Positions 9,119 through 18,442 of a DNA stretch of 64,000 nt are shown piece after piece (position 1 is the first letter of the stretch; each line of letters begins with the position of its first letter). This DNA is from an uncultured Eubacteriales bacterium (lineage in GTDB: Bacteria > Bacillota > Clostridia > Lachnospirales > Lachnospiraceae), in NCBI GenBank assembly GCA_900321855.1, contig ONXS01000002.1, forward strand, positions 5,177-69,176, given 5' to 3'. Made by a program: the position numbers and the translations under genes. The notes beneath the pieces were generated by a model. That model was not told where the DNA came from. It was given only the letters and a program-made list of their open reading frames with translations, and did no database searches.

Positions 9119-9607
9119 ATGGCTAAATCAAATAAGAATATGGACAAAGCAAAAGAAAAGGCTATGGAAGGTAAGAAAAAAGTCGGTGGATTTTTTGGCG
9201 AATTTAAAGAGTTTGCATTAAAAGGCAATGTAATGTCTATGGCAGTCGGTGTTTTAATTGGAGGCGCTTTTTCGGGTGTTGTCACATCACTGACAGAAAA
9301 TATTATCAATCCGCTGATTAACAGTGTTGGAAATGCAAATATTGATGAGAATACAAAAGGTCTTGTTGTAAAAATCATGAATGGCCAGACACTTAATTTT
9401 GGAGTGTTTATTGCAGATGTAATTAATTTCCTGATTATGGCATTTATTGTATTCTTACTTGTGAAAGGTATGAATAAGCTACTCACAATTGGCAAAAAAG
9501 AGGAAGAGGAAGCTGCACCAGATACAAAAGAGTGTCCTTATTGTATGAGTAAAATTCCTGTTGCGGCAATCAAATGTCCAAATTGTACCAGTGATTTAAA
9601 AAAATAG
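9119..9607 (+). CDS. mscL: Large-conductance mechanosensitive channel with C-terminal zinc ribbon
   Basis: EFKEFALKGNVMSMAVGVLIGGAF, INFLIMAFIVFLLVKGMNKL; tail CPYC-x10-CPNC. Confidence 0.93.
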   Translation: MAKSNKNMDKAKEKAMEGKKKVGGFFGEFKEFALKGNVMSMAVGVLIGGAFSGVVTSLTENIINPLINSVGNANIDENTKGLVVKIMNGQTLNFGVFIADVINFLIMAFIVFLLVKGMNKLLTIGKKEEEEAAPDTKECPYCMSKIPVAAIKCPNCTSDLKK

Positions 9608-9620
9608 AAAATTTTTCCCG

Positions 9621-9660
9621 AAAGGCAGATTACAGAATGATTCGGTAATCTGTCTTTTTT
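9621..9660 (+). terminator. Intrinsic terminator after mscL
   Basis: AAAGGCAGATTAC...GTAATCTGTCTTTTT. Confidence 0.8.
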
Positions 9661-9778
9661 ATTCTGTGGGAGCTTTCATATGCTTTGATAAGTTCCTTGT
9701 GATTGTAATAAACGGTATCCTGTGGTATAATGTATCTTAAGGTTGCGTTATTTGGAAACGCAGAAAGTGGGGCATTAT

Positions 9779-11959
9779 ATGTCTGAATTAAAAGAGGAAA
9801 TAACGAAAAAAACAAATGAGATAACGCTGGAGGAGAAAAACAAAAGGAATTATGACAGTGTCAATTATAGTCTTATGCACAGCAGATTGAGAGGGCATAC
9901 GGCTTTATACTTGAAGATTCCAATGTATTTTTCTCTGATTTTTTTGCCAATCATTGCATGGATGTGGACAAAAGATGAGAATTTGGCAATCGTGATAGGA
10001 TTGTGTTTTATTTTGTATGTAATTTTAACAGTCAGTTTATATTTTTATGAAAAAAATAAGTATATTCGTGAATTGGTTGATTTTGCATCGGATTATTCAC
10101 AGGTACAAAAACAGTTAATTAAGGGAATTGAATTGCCATATGGACTGATTGACCGAGATGGCAGACTTTTGTGGAGCAATCAGTCGCTTACGAATTTAAA
10201 GAAAAATTCTACTTCTAAGAATATAGAAGAGATTTTTCCTGATATAAAGCTGAGAGGATTGAATTTTGATGAGAAGGAAGGAAGACCTTCAGCAAATATT
10301 AATGTCAACTCACAATTTTACCGAGTGGATTTTGTGAAAATTCCGTTGGAGACACAGTTTACACGTGCAGGTGTGGAAATTGGGAAAAAGACACCGGATG
10401 TCAATGAAGAGGAAGCGGATTTAGAAAGTGTTGATAAGGATGAAGAATATCTGATTGCAATCTATCTGTTTGATGAAACTGAGACAAAAAGACTTGCAAA
10501 AGAAAATTATGATCAGAAAATGGTTGCAGGTCTTATTTACCTTGATAATTATGATGATGCGCTTGACAGCGTGGAAGATGTCAGAAAATCACTGCTGATT
10601 GCATTGATTGACAGAAGTATCAATAAGTTTTTTGCACAGTATAATGCGGTTGTCAGAAAATTGGAAAAAGATAAGTATTTTATTGTAATGAAACAGAAAC
10701 ATATTTCGGCGCTGCAGAGTAATAAATTTTCGATTCTTGATGAAGTTAAGACGGTTAACATTGGCAATGAGATGGCAGTTACAGTCAGCATTGGCTTTGG
10801 TGTCAATGGTGATGAGTATACTCAGAGTTGTGATTATGCGAGAGTTGCAATTGATCTGGCACTTGGACGTGGCGGAGATCAGGCTGTTGTAAAAGACGGA
10901 GAAAAGCTTTATTTCTATGGCGGAAAATCAAAACAGGTTGAGAAAAATACAAGAGTAAAAGCAAGAGTAAAGGCACATGCACTCCGAGAACTTTTAGAGA
11001 CAAAAGACAAAGTTGTCATTATGGGACACAAGATAGGAGATATTGATTCTTTGGGTTCAGCAGTGGGAATATTCCGAGCTGCACAAACAATTAATAAAAA
11101 AGCATATATTGTAATTAATGAGATTACATCGTCCATTCGACCAATGTTAGAGATTCTGACAAATGAAAGTGAATATGAGGATGTTTTTATCAACAGTGAA
11201 GATGCAATTGATATTGTGGATTCCAATACGGCGATTGTTGTGGTGGATGTCAGCCGACCAAGCTATGTAGAGTGTCCGGATATTTTATCAAAGGTAAAAG
11301 ATGTTGTGATTCTAGACCATCACAGACGGAGCAGTGAAGTGATTGAAAATGCCTCACTTTCTTATATTGAACCTTATGCGTCATCTGCATCGGAGATGGT
11401 CGCGGAAATCCTTCAATATTTTTATGACGGAATTAAGATTATGCCATATGAGGCAGAGGCGATGTATGCAGGTATCATGATTGATACAAACACATTTACA
11501 AAGAATACAGGAGTTCGAACTTTTGAGGCGGCTGCATTTTTGAGAAAATGTGGTGTCGATGTCACTCATGTCAAACAGTTATTCCGAGATTCTATGGACG
11601 ATTATAAGGCAAAGGCAAAGACCATTTCTTCGGCGGAGGCATTTGGAGATAAGTTTGCAATCTCTGTCTGTCCATCGGAGGGACTTGACAGTCCGACTGT
11701 TGTGGGGGCACAGGCAGCCAATGAATTGTTGAATATTAGTGGTATTAAGGCATCTTTTGTGCTCACAGAACACAATGGCAAAATTTATGTGAGTGCAAGG
11801 TCAATGGGAGACATCAGTGTTCAGCTTGTTATGGAACAACTGGGTGGTGGCGGACATCTTGACACTGCCGGAGCCCAATTGGAAAATGTATCTTTATCAG
11901 AGGCAAAAGAGTTGATTAAAGGTACGGTTTTGAAGATGTTAGAGGAAAAAGAAATATAG
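9779..11959 (+). CDS. gdpP: GdpP-type c-di-AMP phosphodiesterase (TM-PAS-degenerate GGDEF-DHH/DHHA1)
   Basis: LALGRGGDQAVVK, MGHKIGDIDSLG, LDHHRR, GGGGH motifs; conserved position before rplI-dnaB. Confidence 0.93.
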   Translation: MSELKEEITKKTNEITLEEKNKRNYDSVNYSLMHSRLRGHTALYLKIPMYFSLIFLPIIAWMWTKDENLAIVIGLCFILYVILTVSLYFYEKNKYIRELVDFASDYSQVQKQLIKGIELPYGLIDRDGRLLWSNQSLTNLKKNSTSKNIEEIFPDIKLRGLNFDEKEGRPSANINVNSQFYRVDFVKIPLETQFTRAGVEIGKKTPDVNEEEADLESVDKDEEYLIAIYLFDETETKRLAKENYDQKMVAGLIYLDNYDDALDSVEDVRKSLLIALIDRSINKFFAQYNAVVRKLEKDKYFIVMKQKHISALQSNKFSILDEVKTVNIGNEMAVTVSIGFGVNGDEYTQSCDYARVAIDLALGRGGDQAVVKDGEKLYFYGGKSKQVEKNTRVKARVKAHALRELLETKDKVVIMGHKIGDIDSLGSAVGIFRAAQTINKKAYIVINEITSSIRPMLEILTNESEYEDVFINSEDAIDIVDSNTAIVVVDVSRPSYVECPDILSKVKDVVILDHHRRSSEVIENASLSYIEPYASSASEMVAEILQYFYDGIKIMPYEAEAMYAGIMIDTNTFTKNTGVRTFEAAAFLRKCGVDVTHVKQLFRDSMDDYKAKAKTISSAEAFGDKFAISVCPSEGLDSPTVVGAQAANELLNISGIKASFVLTEHNGKIYVSARSMGDISVQLVMEQLGGGGHLDTAGAQLENVSLSEAKELIKGTVLKMLEEKEI

Positions 11960-11987
11960 AGAACTATAGTTTGAAAGGAGATAAAAG

Positions 11988-12434
11988 ATGGAAGTTATAT
12001 TATTGCAGGATGTAAAATCTCTTGGTAAAAAAGGTGAGGTTGTAAAGGTAAGTGAAGGATATGCCAGAAACTTCATATTGAAGAAAAAACTTGGTATAGA
12101 GGCAACAAATTCAAATCTGAATGATTTAAAACTGCACAATGCAAATGATGCAAAAATTGCCAAAGAGAAATTAGAGGCTGCCAAAAAACTTGCAGAGGAA
12201 ATTGGCAAGTTAACATTGAATATGAAGATTAAAGTTGGTGAGAATGGCAGAGTATTTGGTTCGATTTCTGCAAAAGAAATTGCTCAGGCAGCAAAAGAGC
12301 AGTTAAATCTTGAATTGGATAAGAAAAAACTGGTATTGAAAGATTCAATTAAAGCGATTGGAACACATAGTGTAAAGGTAAAACTTCATCCAGAGGTGAC
12401 AGCAGAACTTACAGTTAAGGTAACAGAGGAGTAA
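11988..12434 (+). CDS. rplI: 50S ribosomal protein L9
   Basis: MEVILLQDVKSLGKKGEVVKVSEGYARNF. Confidence 0.97.
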   Translation: MEVILLQDVKSLGKKGEVVKVSEGYARNFILKKKLGIEATNSNLNDLKLHNANDAKIAKEKLEAAKKLAEEIGKLTLNMKIKVGENGRVFGSISAKEIAQAAKEQLNLELDKKKLVLKDSIKAIGTHSVKVKLHPEVTAELTVKVTEE

Positions 12435-12439
12435 GCAGC

Positions 12440-13780
12440 ATGCCAGATGAAATAGAAAAGAAGAGGATAATGCCTCACAGTATTGATGCGGAGAGAGCAG
12501 TTATCGGTTCTATGATTATGGATTCAGATGCGATAGCAACTGCACATGAGTTGCTGACGAAAGACGATTTCTACGGAAAACAGTATGGTACACTCTATGA
12601 GATTATTTCTGGTATGTATGCGAGAGGCAAGGCAGTAGATTTAACAACTCTGAAAGACGAAGTTCTGACACAAAATCTGCCAGAGAGTCTCATCGATATT
12701 GATTTTCTGAAAGGTTTGTTTGATGCAGTATCAATTTCTAAAAATGTAAAAGATTATGCGAAGATTGTAAAAGAAAAATCCATTCTCAGACAGTTGATAC
12801 GAACATCGCAGGATATAGCGGATAGTTGTTATTCAGGGAAAGAAGATTTAAAGACAATTTTAGAACAGTCAGAAAAGAGTATTTTTGCAATTTCTCAGAA
12901 TAAGAGTGAGGGAGAATATGTCCCAATTGATCAGGTTGTAATCAATGCGATGGAGAGAATTGAAAAAGTTTCCAAAACACAGGGAACTGTTACGGGAATT
13001 CCAACGGGCTTTATTGATTTGGACTATAAGACATCGGGATTTCAGGATTCGGATTTGATTATTATTGCAGCCAGACCAGCAATGGGAAAAACGGCTTTTG
13101 AGCTAAATATCGCAGATTATATGGCTTGTAAAAAGAATCAGACAGTTGCAATTTTTAGTTTGGAAATGTCGAAAGAGCAGCTTGTAAATCGTATTCTTTC
13201 CCTTGAATCAGCAGTGGAATCGCAGAAAATAAGATCAGGAAGTGTTGATGATGGCGACTGGGAACAGTTGATTGAAGCTGCCAACACGATTGCGAAATCC
13301 AAACTGATTATTGATGATACAGGAAGTATTTCAATTGGAGAACTGAGGTCTAAGTGCAGAAAGTATAAGAGAGAATACAATCTCGGAATTATTCTCATTG
13401 ACTATTTACAGCTCATGACAGCGGGCGGAAAAGTAGAGAGCAGACAGCAGGAGATTTCTGAAATTTCGCGATCTCTAAAGGCGCTTGCGAGAGAGTTAAA
13501 TGTGCCAATTGTTGCACTTTCACAGTTGGGACGTGCGGTAGAGTCAAGACCGGATAAAAGACCGATGCTCTCTGATCTTCGTGAATCAGGAGCGATTGAG
13601 CAGGATGCGGATATGGTAATGTTTCTTTACAGAGATGATTACTACAATAAAGAGAGTGAGAAAAAAGGTATTTCAGAAGTTATTATTGCCAAACAGCGTA
13701 ATGGTCCAATTGGAACGGTTGAACTTGCTTGGATACCAAAATATACAAAATTCGCCAATTTGGAAAGAAAAAATGATTAA
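12440..13780 (+). CDS. dnaB: Replicative DNA helicase
   Basis: AARPAMGKT Walker A, IDYLQLM, DLRESGAIEQDAD, AKQRNGP. Confidence 0.97.
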   Translation: MPDEIEKKRIMPHSIDAERAVIGSMIMDSDAIATAHELLTKDDFYGKQYGTLYEIISGMYARGKAVDLTTLKDEVLTQNLPESLIDIDFLKGLFDAVSISKNVKDYAKIVKEKSILRQLIRTSQDIADSCYSGKEDLKTILEQSEKSIFAISQNKSEGEYVPIDQVVINAMERIEKVSKTQGTVTGIPTGFIDLDYKTSGFQDSDLIIIAARPAMGKTAFELNIADYMACKKNQTVAIFSLEMSKEQLVNRILSLESAVESQKIRSGSVDDGDWEQLIEAANTIAKSKLIIDDTGSISIGELRSKCRKYKREYNLGIILIDYLQLMTAGGKVESRQQEISEISRSLKALARELNVPIVALSQLGRAVESRPDKRPMLSDLRESGAIEQDADMVMFLYRDDYYNKESEKKGISEVIIAKQRNGPIGTVELAWIPKYTKFANLERKND

Positions 13781-13787
13781 AAATTGG

Positions 13788-13827
13788 AAATACCACATTG
13801 TTACAAGAGTGACAATGTGGTATTTTT
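13788..13827 (+). terminator. Intrinsic terminator after dnaB
   Basis: AAATACCACATTGTTAC-AAGA-GTGACAATGTGGTATTTTT. Confidence 0.85.
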
Positions 13828-13869
13828 AAGTTGTAGAGATTAATATTTAATATGAAGGGAGTTATATAA

Positions 13870-14496
13870 ATGAGTGTAGATACAGTAGAAAAGAGATATA
13901 TTATCTCAGATGCGGCAAAAATCATTGATGTGGAGTCGCATGTTCTGAGATATTGGGAAGAGGAACTGGAAATTGAAATTCCGAGAAATGAGATGCAGCA
14001 CAGGTATTATACAGATTATTATATTGAACTTTTTAAGAAGGTAAAGGAACTCAAAGAGAATGGATTTCAGCTAAAAGCGATAAAAATGTTGCTGCCAGAT
14101 TTGATGAGTGACAAGCCGGATTCAAATGTGGATGAATTGATTCGAAAGGTTGGAGAAACTACATTAAGTGAGAAAGAAGAGAAAACAGATGAGATTTCTC
14201 AGGTAGGTGAGATTGAATCTCAGAAGACATCTGATTTTGGAAACAAGATGGAACAGTTTCAGATGATAATATCGGAGGCGGTTTCAAGTGCGTTAAAAGA
14301 AAATACAACATCTCTTGGAAGAGATGTGAGTGATATGGTTTCAGACCATGTGATTAAGGAAATGGATTATATGTTACAGCTCAAAGAGCAAAGAGAAGAA
14401 GAGAGATTTCGAAAACTGGATGCAACAATTCGAAGTTGTCAGGTAAATAATAAGAGCAAAAAGAAGAGAGGATTGATTGGAAAATTTAAAAAATAA
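13870..14496 (+). CDS. MerR-type HTH protein with C-terminal coiled coil and basic/amphipathic tail
   Basis: ISDAAKIIDVESHVLRYWEEEL...HRYYT MerR HTH; EQREEERFRKLD coil; KKKRGLIGKFKK end. Confidence 0.8.
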   Translation: MSVDTVEKRYIISDAAKIIDVESHVLRYWEEELEIEIPRNEMQHRYYTDYYIELFKKVKELKENGFQLKAIKMLLPDLMSDKPDSNVDELIRKVGETTLSEKEEKTDEISQVGEIESQKTSDFGNKMEQFQMIISEAVSSALKENTTSLGRDVSDMVSDHVIKEMDYMLQLKEQREEERFRKLDATIRSCQVNNKSKKKRGLIGKFKK

Positions 14497-14536
14497 AAAG
14501 AGAGGCTTTGGACAAGCTTGTAAAGGTAAAAAAGTA

Positions 14537-14570
14537 AAACGCCAGTACCCTAAAAGGGCACTGGCGTCTT
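14537..14570. terminator. Terminator hairpin between converging MerR-HTH and ferredoxin genes
   Basis: ACGCCAGTACCC-TAAAA-GGGCACTGGCGT. Confidence 0.7.
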
Positions 14571-14602
14571 ATGTACCTTATACGGATTGGTACATAAATA
14601 AA

Positions 14603-14773
14603 TTATTCTGCAGCGATTACGCCAACTGGACATCCAGTCTCGCAAGCTCCACAGTCGATACATGCATCTGCATCGATAACATACTTATCAGATCCTTCTG
14701 AGATAGCTCCTACAGGACAAACACCTGCACAAGAACCACACATAATACAACCATCATTAATTACGCGTGCCAT
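14603..14773 (-). CDS. fdx: Clostridial 2[4Fe-4S] ferredoxin, 56 aa (absent from ORF track)
   Basis: Manual translation MARVINDGCIMCGSCAGVCPVGAISEGSDKYVIDADACIDCGACETGCPVGVIAAE*; two CxxCxxCxxxCP motifs; RBS AAGGAGG. Confidence 0.97.
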   Translation of the reverse strand: MARVINDGCIMCGSCAGVCPVGAISEGSDKYVIDADACIDCGACETGCPVGVIAAE

Positions 14774-14964
14774 AGTAATATCCTCCTTCTGTCAAATAGT
14801 AACTACATTTTAATACAAAAAGTGGAACTATTCAAGTGTTTCTTCATTTATGCGGAAAAATGTTTCACAATTCGTTCACATATGATGGGGGAGATATGGC
14901 TTGCAATAAAATAAAAGCTGTTATATAATATTGAGACAAATATGAAAGACAGGAGGAAACTACG

Positions 14965-15168
14965 ATGGCAAGAGTAGAAAAAGATATACTTATTGGCGAA
15001 TTATTACAGATTAATGCAGGTGTTGTTCCAATCCTTATGGAAGCTGGGATGCACTGTGTTGGTTGTCCTGCATCTCAGGGCGAGAGCATTGAAGAGGCTG
15101 CTTTAGTTCATGGAATTAATCCAGATGAGTTAGTAGAGCAGATTAATACTTTTCTTGCTGATAAATAG
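14965..15168 (+). CDS. DUF1858-domain protein (hybrid-cluster-associated redox disulfide family)
   Basis: GMHCVGCPASQGESIEEAALVHG motif. Confidence 0.88.
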   Translation: MARVEKDILIGELLQINAGVVPILMEAGMHCVGCPASQGESIEEAALVHGINPDELVEQINTFLADK

Positions 15169-15228
15169 GCAGATATATAAGGTAAAACGATAGCTTGCGC
15201 ACGTTGCAGGCAATCTGTTTTCAAGAAT

Positions 15229-15267
15229 AAAAATCCGTGTAAGTTGCTTTCTTACACGGATTTTTTT
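15229..15267. terminator. Bidirectional terminator (DUF1858 / mecA)
   Basis: AAAAATCCGTGTAAG...CTTACACGGATTTTTTT. Confidence 0.85.
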
Positions 15268-15370
15268 GTTATCGTTTGTTCAAATATCATTTGCACAAAA
15301 CGAATATATTTTGATTTGTATCTTTTGATTCTCGGCTTGCAATTCGATGGAGCACTCGGAATATCTTGGA

Positions 15371-16105
15371 TTAGATTTGTGATAGTTCTTCAAATGTCTT
15401 ATTTTTTATCACAAGGTTATAGTGTTCCATCATGGAAGAAACGGAGATATTATCATATCTTGTAGAATCTCCAAATTCACATATAATATTGCAGATTTGA
15501 TTGAACTCCTGATTGGAAAGAGAGTTGTTGTCAATAATCAGGTAGTAAGTATGTTCTTTTTCATAAAGGCTGCTCTTTCCATGATATTTTTCCTTGATTT
15601 TTTTTGAGAGATTAATAAGGATATTGATGTCATGGAATATAAAAACTTTATATAAAGATTCCTTTTTATCAGATGGCTGATTTTTTGAATCAATGGTGTT
15701 GTTTGATTTATTTGCCAAAGTAGCAATTGTATCATTGAAGGCTGAGAGCAAATCCAGTACATCTTTTGCGGAAGGATTGTGAGTTTTGTTGGATATAGCC
15801 TCGTCTAAATCACTCTGACTTGGAGTGAAACTAGAAAATCTAGTGTCCAATTCTTCGGGGTCAGAATCTTTGGAGATAATAATTTCCAGTTCATCATCTG
15901 AAATAGGAACAGCATCAATGGATACTGGAGATGTGCTTACATCAAAGTTAAACTCTTTCAATGCGATGTCAGAAATCTCCTGAAATAAATCCTTTACTGG
16001 CTGAGAACCATAAGTTAAGCTGGAAAGATTTAAATTTCTGCTATCTAAATCCTCTTTATTTAATAAAAAACGAACTTGATTGTTATTTAGTTTTTCATAA
16101 TTCAT
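15371..16105 (-). CDS. mecA: ClpC adaptor protein MecA
   Basis: MNYEKLNNNQVRFLLNKEDLDSRNL, IDAVPIS..LEIIISK, SSLY...YYLI, CEFG; start at ATG 16105 after AGGAGG. Confidence 0.8.
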   Translation of the reverse strand: MNYEKLNNNQVRFLLNKEDLDSRNLNLSSLTYGSQPVKDLFQEISDIALKEFNFDVSTSPVSIDAVPISDDELEIIISKDSDPEELDTRFSSFTPSQSDLDEAISNKTHNPSAKDVLDLLSAFNDTIATLANKSNNTIDSKNQPSDKKESLYKVFIFHDINILINLSKKIKEKYHGKSSLYEKEHTYYLIIDNNSLSNQEFNQICNIICEFGDSTRYDNISVSSMMEHYNLVIKNKTFEELSQI

Positions 16106-16230
16106 AAAAAAATGTAACCTCCTTGCCAAAAATTTAGTATAGATAGTATAACTTAAAATGAGACATTATGTAAAGTAAAAAAACAATAAAAACAACAAAA
16201 ATAAAAAGTTGTAAAAATAAATAAAAAGTA

Positions 16231-16259
16231 TTGCAAAAAATAAAAAGATATAGTATAGT
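16231..16259 (+). promoter_or_regulatory. sigma-A promoter pointing into a 400-bp non-coding region
   Basis: TTGCAA-N17-TATAGT with A-tract UP element upstream. Confidence 0.7.
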
Positions 16260-16263
16260 GTAT

Positions 16264-16420
16264 ATACGATATTTGAAAGGGGTTATAAAAAATCTGAGGA
16301 GAGTGCTATACACAAAAGTAAGGGGTTATGCCCGTGTTTTTGTGTTGTGAAGGGGAAATTTGTGTATAGAGACTGTGGTGGTCAGAACTCTTAATATAAA
16401 TCAGGTTCTATCGTATTTTT
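16264..16420 (+). ncRNA. Candidate structured sRNA (unassigned family)
   Basis: Starts at the predicted TSS; nested stems ATACGATA/TATCGTAT, TCTGA/TCAGA, CTATACACAAA/TTTGTGTATAG; three AAGGGG motifs; ends in a T-run. Confidence 0.5.
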
Positions 16421-16662
16421 ATTATATGATGGTATTGAAGGCATATAATATATCACAGAATTAGGATTCGGGGAGAGGTTATAAAGTTTCGTTAATATGA
16501 ATAAGGAAAGAACTGTAAAACACTATACCGACAGAAGAATCTCTCTCCGGATTCTTTAAAATCTTAATGACTGGCAAATAAAATCATGTTATAATAATTT
16601 CGATATGCAAAACAGATGAGAGTAAAAATAAAGTATATAAAGTATACAAGGAGGAGAAATTA

Positions 16663-18387
16663 TTGAAAAAACAATCAATTCCCTATATATTTGTGGCGAT
16701 AGTGATTATTATAGCATTAGTGGTTATTGTTTTAGGCAACTATATAGATAAACATACACCATCGAAAAAAATGGTATCAAAGAGTGAACTTATGGAAATG
16801 TACGGATTGAACCATAATGGTGCGATTGATTCGGATAAACAGGCAGCCATTATTTTGTCAAATCATCTGATTGAAAATCAGGCAATGATAGAAGATGGGG
16901 TTGTATATTTGGAGTATCATTTTGTAAAAGACATATTAAATGATAAATTTTATTGGGATAATAATGAAAATCTTCTGTTGTACACCTTGCCGAAAGACAT
17001 TGTGAAAGTCAACGTTGGAAGTAACACATATGAGGTTACAAAAACTCAGAATCAGGTAGATTATCAGATTGTTAAGACAAATGGAACCGATGTTTATATT
17101 GCGATGGAGTTTGTAAAGTTATATACAGATATGGAGGGTGATTATTATGAGAATCCATCCAGAGTTGTTATTAACAATACATGGAATACAGAGGTGGATA
17201 TAGCAACTGCGAACAATTCTGTAAAACTTAGAAAGAGTCCGAAGATTAAAGCAGATATTCTTCACAGTATAAAAGATAAAACAGAAGTTACAATTACAGA
17301 GACAAAAGGAAAGTGGTCTTATGTATATACAAAAGACGGACATTTTGGATACATACAAAATTCTGATTTGAAAAACCAGACAAAGAAAACACTGACAAGT
17401 GACTTTGTATATCCGGATTACACAAGTAACCAGATGACTGGAAAAGTCAATCTTTCATGGCAGGTTGTAACAAATCAGGCAGCAAATAATCAACTTGTGG
17501 GCTTGGTAACAAATGCAAATGGATTAAATGTTGTGGCTCCACAGTGGTATAGACTTTCGGATGATGAGGGTAATATGACATCATTTGCAGATGCGAATTA
17601 TGTGGCGGTGGCACATCGTATGGGTCTGAAAGTATGGGCAGTTGTAGATGATCAGTCAGAAAAATCCAATAATGCCAATGTTTTTCCATATACGTCAAAG
17701 AGGGAAAAACTAGTGAATCAGCTTGTGGCAGATGCGATTCAGTATAATATAGATGGTATTAATGTGGATTTTGAATATATTAGACCAGAAAACGCAGATG
17801 ATTATATCCAGTTTATCAGAGAATTGTCAGTGAAGTGCAGAATGAATGGTATTGTATTATCTGTGGATGATAAAGTGCCAGAAGCAAGTAATGAGTATTA
17901 CAATCTGAAGGCACAGGGTGAAGTGGTCGATTATGTTGTCATCATGGGATATGATGAGCATTGGGGAACAGATTCAGGAGCAGGTTCTGTTGCGTCACTT
18001 TCATGGGTAACAGATGGTATTATAAAGACAATTGCCGATGTCGATTCTTCCAAAGTTATTCTTGCGATTCCTTTTTATACGAGAATGTGGGTGGAGGATT
18101 TGTCAGGCAATCTGACAGAAGTGCAGACGATAGATATGGTAACGGCACAGACTACATTTGCAAGCTGGGGAGTAGAACCGGCATGGCTGGATGATTGCGG
18201 TCAGAATTATGCAGAATATACAGATGATGCAAATGCAAAAACTTATAGAATGTGGCTGGAAGATGCAACTTCAATTGAAAAGAAACTTTCATTGATTGGC
18301 CAATATAATCTTGGCGGAGTGGCCTCATGGAGACTTGGATTTGAGAGCAGTGATATTTGGAATACAATCATAAAATATATAAATTAA
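16663..18387 (+). CDS. Membrane-anchored GH18 glycoside hydrolase with SH3b domain (YaaH/YdhD-like)
   Basis: DGINVDFE catalytic motif, IMGYDEHW, ASWRLG; N-terminal TM; KWSYVYTKDGHFGYI SH3-like segment. Confidence 0.88.
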   Translation: MKKQSIPYIFVAIVIIIALVVIVLGNYIDKHTPSKKMVSKSELMEMYGLNHNGAIDSDKQAAIILSNHLIENQAMIEDGVVYLEYHFVKDILNDKFYWDNNENLLLYTLPKDIVKVNVGSNTYEVTKTQNQVDYQIVKTNGTDVYIAMEFVKLYTDMEGDYYENPSRVVINNTWNTEVDIATANNSVKLRKSPKIKADILHSIKDKTEVTITETKGKWSYVYTKDGHFGYIQNSDLKNQTKKTLTSDFVYPDYTSNQMTGKVNLSWQVVTNQAANNQLVGLVTNANGLNVVAPQWYRLSDDEGNMTSFADANYVAVAHRMGLKVWAVVDDQSEKSNNANVFPYTSKREKLVNQLVADAIQYNIDGINVDFEYIRPENADDYIQFIRELSVKCRMNGIVLSVDDKVPEASNEYYNLKAQGEVVDYVVIMGYDEHWGTDSGAGSVASLSWVTDGIIKTIADVDSSKVILAIPFYTRMWVEDLSGNLTEVQTIDMVTAQTTFASWGVEPAWLDDCGQNYAEYTDDANAKTYRMWLEDATSIEKKLSLIGQYNLGGVASWRLGFESSDIWNTIIKYIN

Positions 18388-18442
18388 AGTAATCCCGTGT
18401 AAAATTTCTACATATGATTTATAAAAAACGATAAGTGATTTT

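Noticed and set aside
14477-14701. 74-aa + strand ORF
   Set aside because: Spans a terminator and is antisense to the real ferredoxin gene
16303-16369. Mini-ORFs in the mecA-GH18 spacer (MLYTKVRGYARVFVL, MPVFLCCEGEICV)
   Set aside because: SD-like motifs are too close to the start codons and both lie inside a strong stem; RNA structure explains the sequence better
16264-16660. c-di-AMP (ydaO) or c-di-GMP riboswitch before the GH18 gene
   Set aside because: The conserved motifs of those riboswitches were not found by eye
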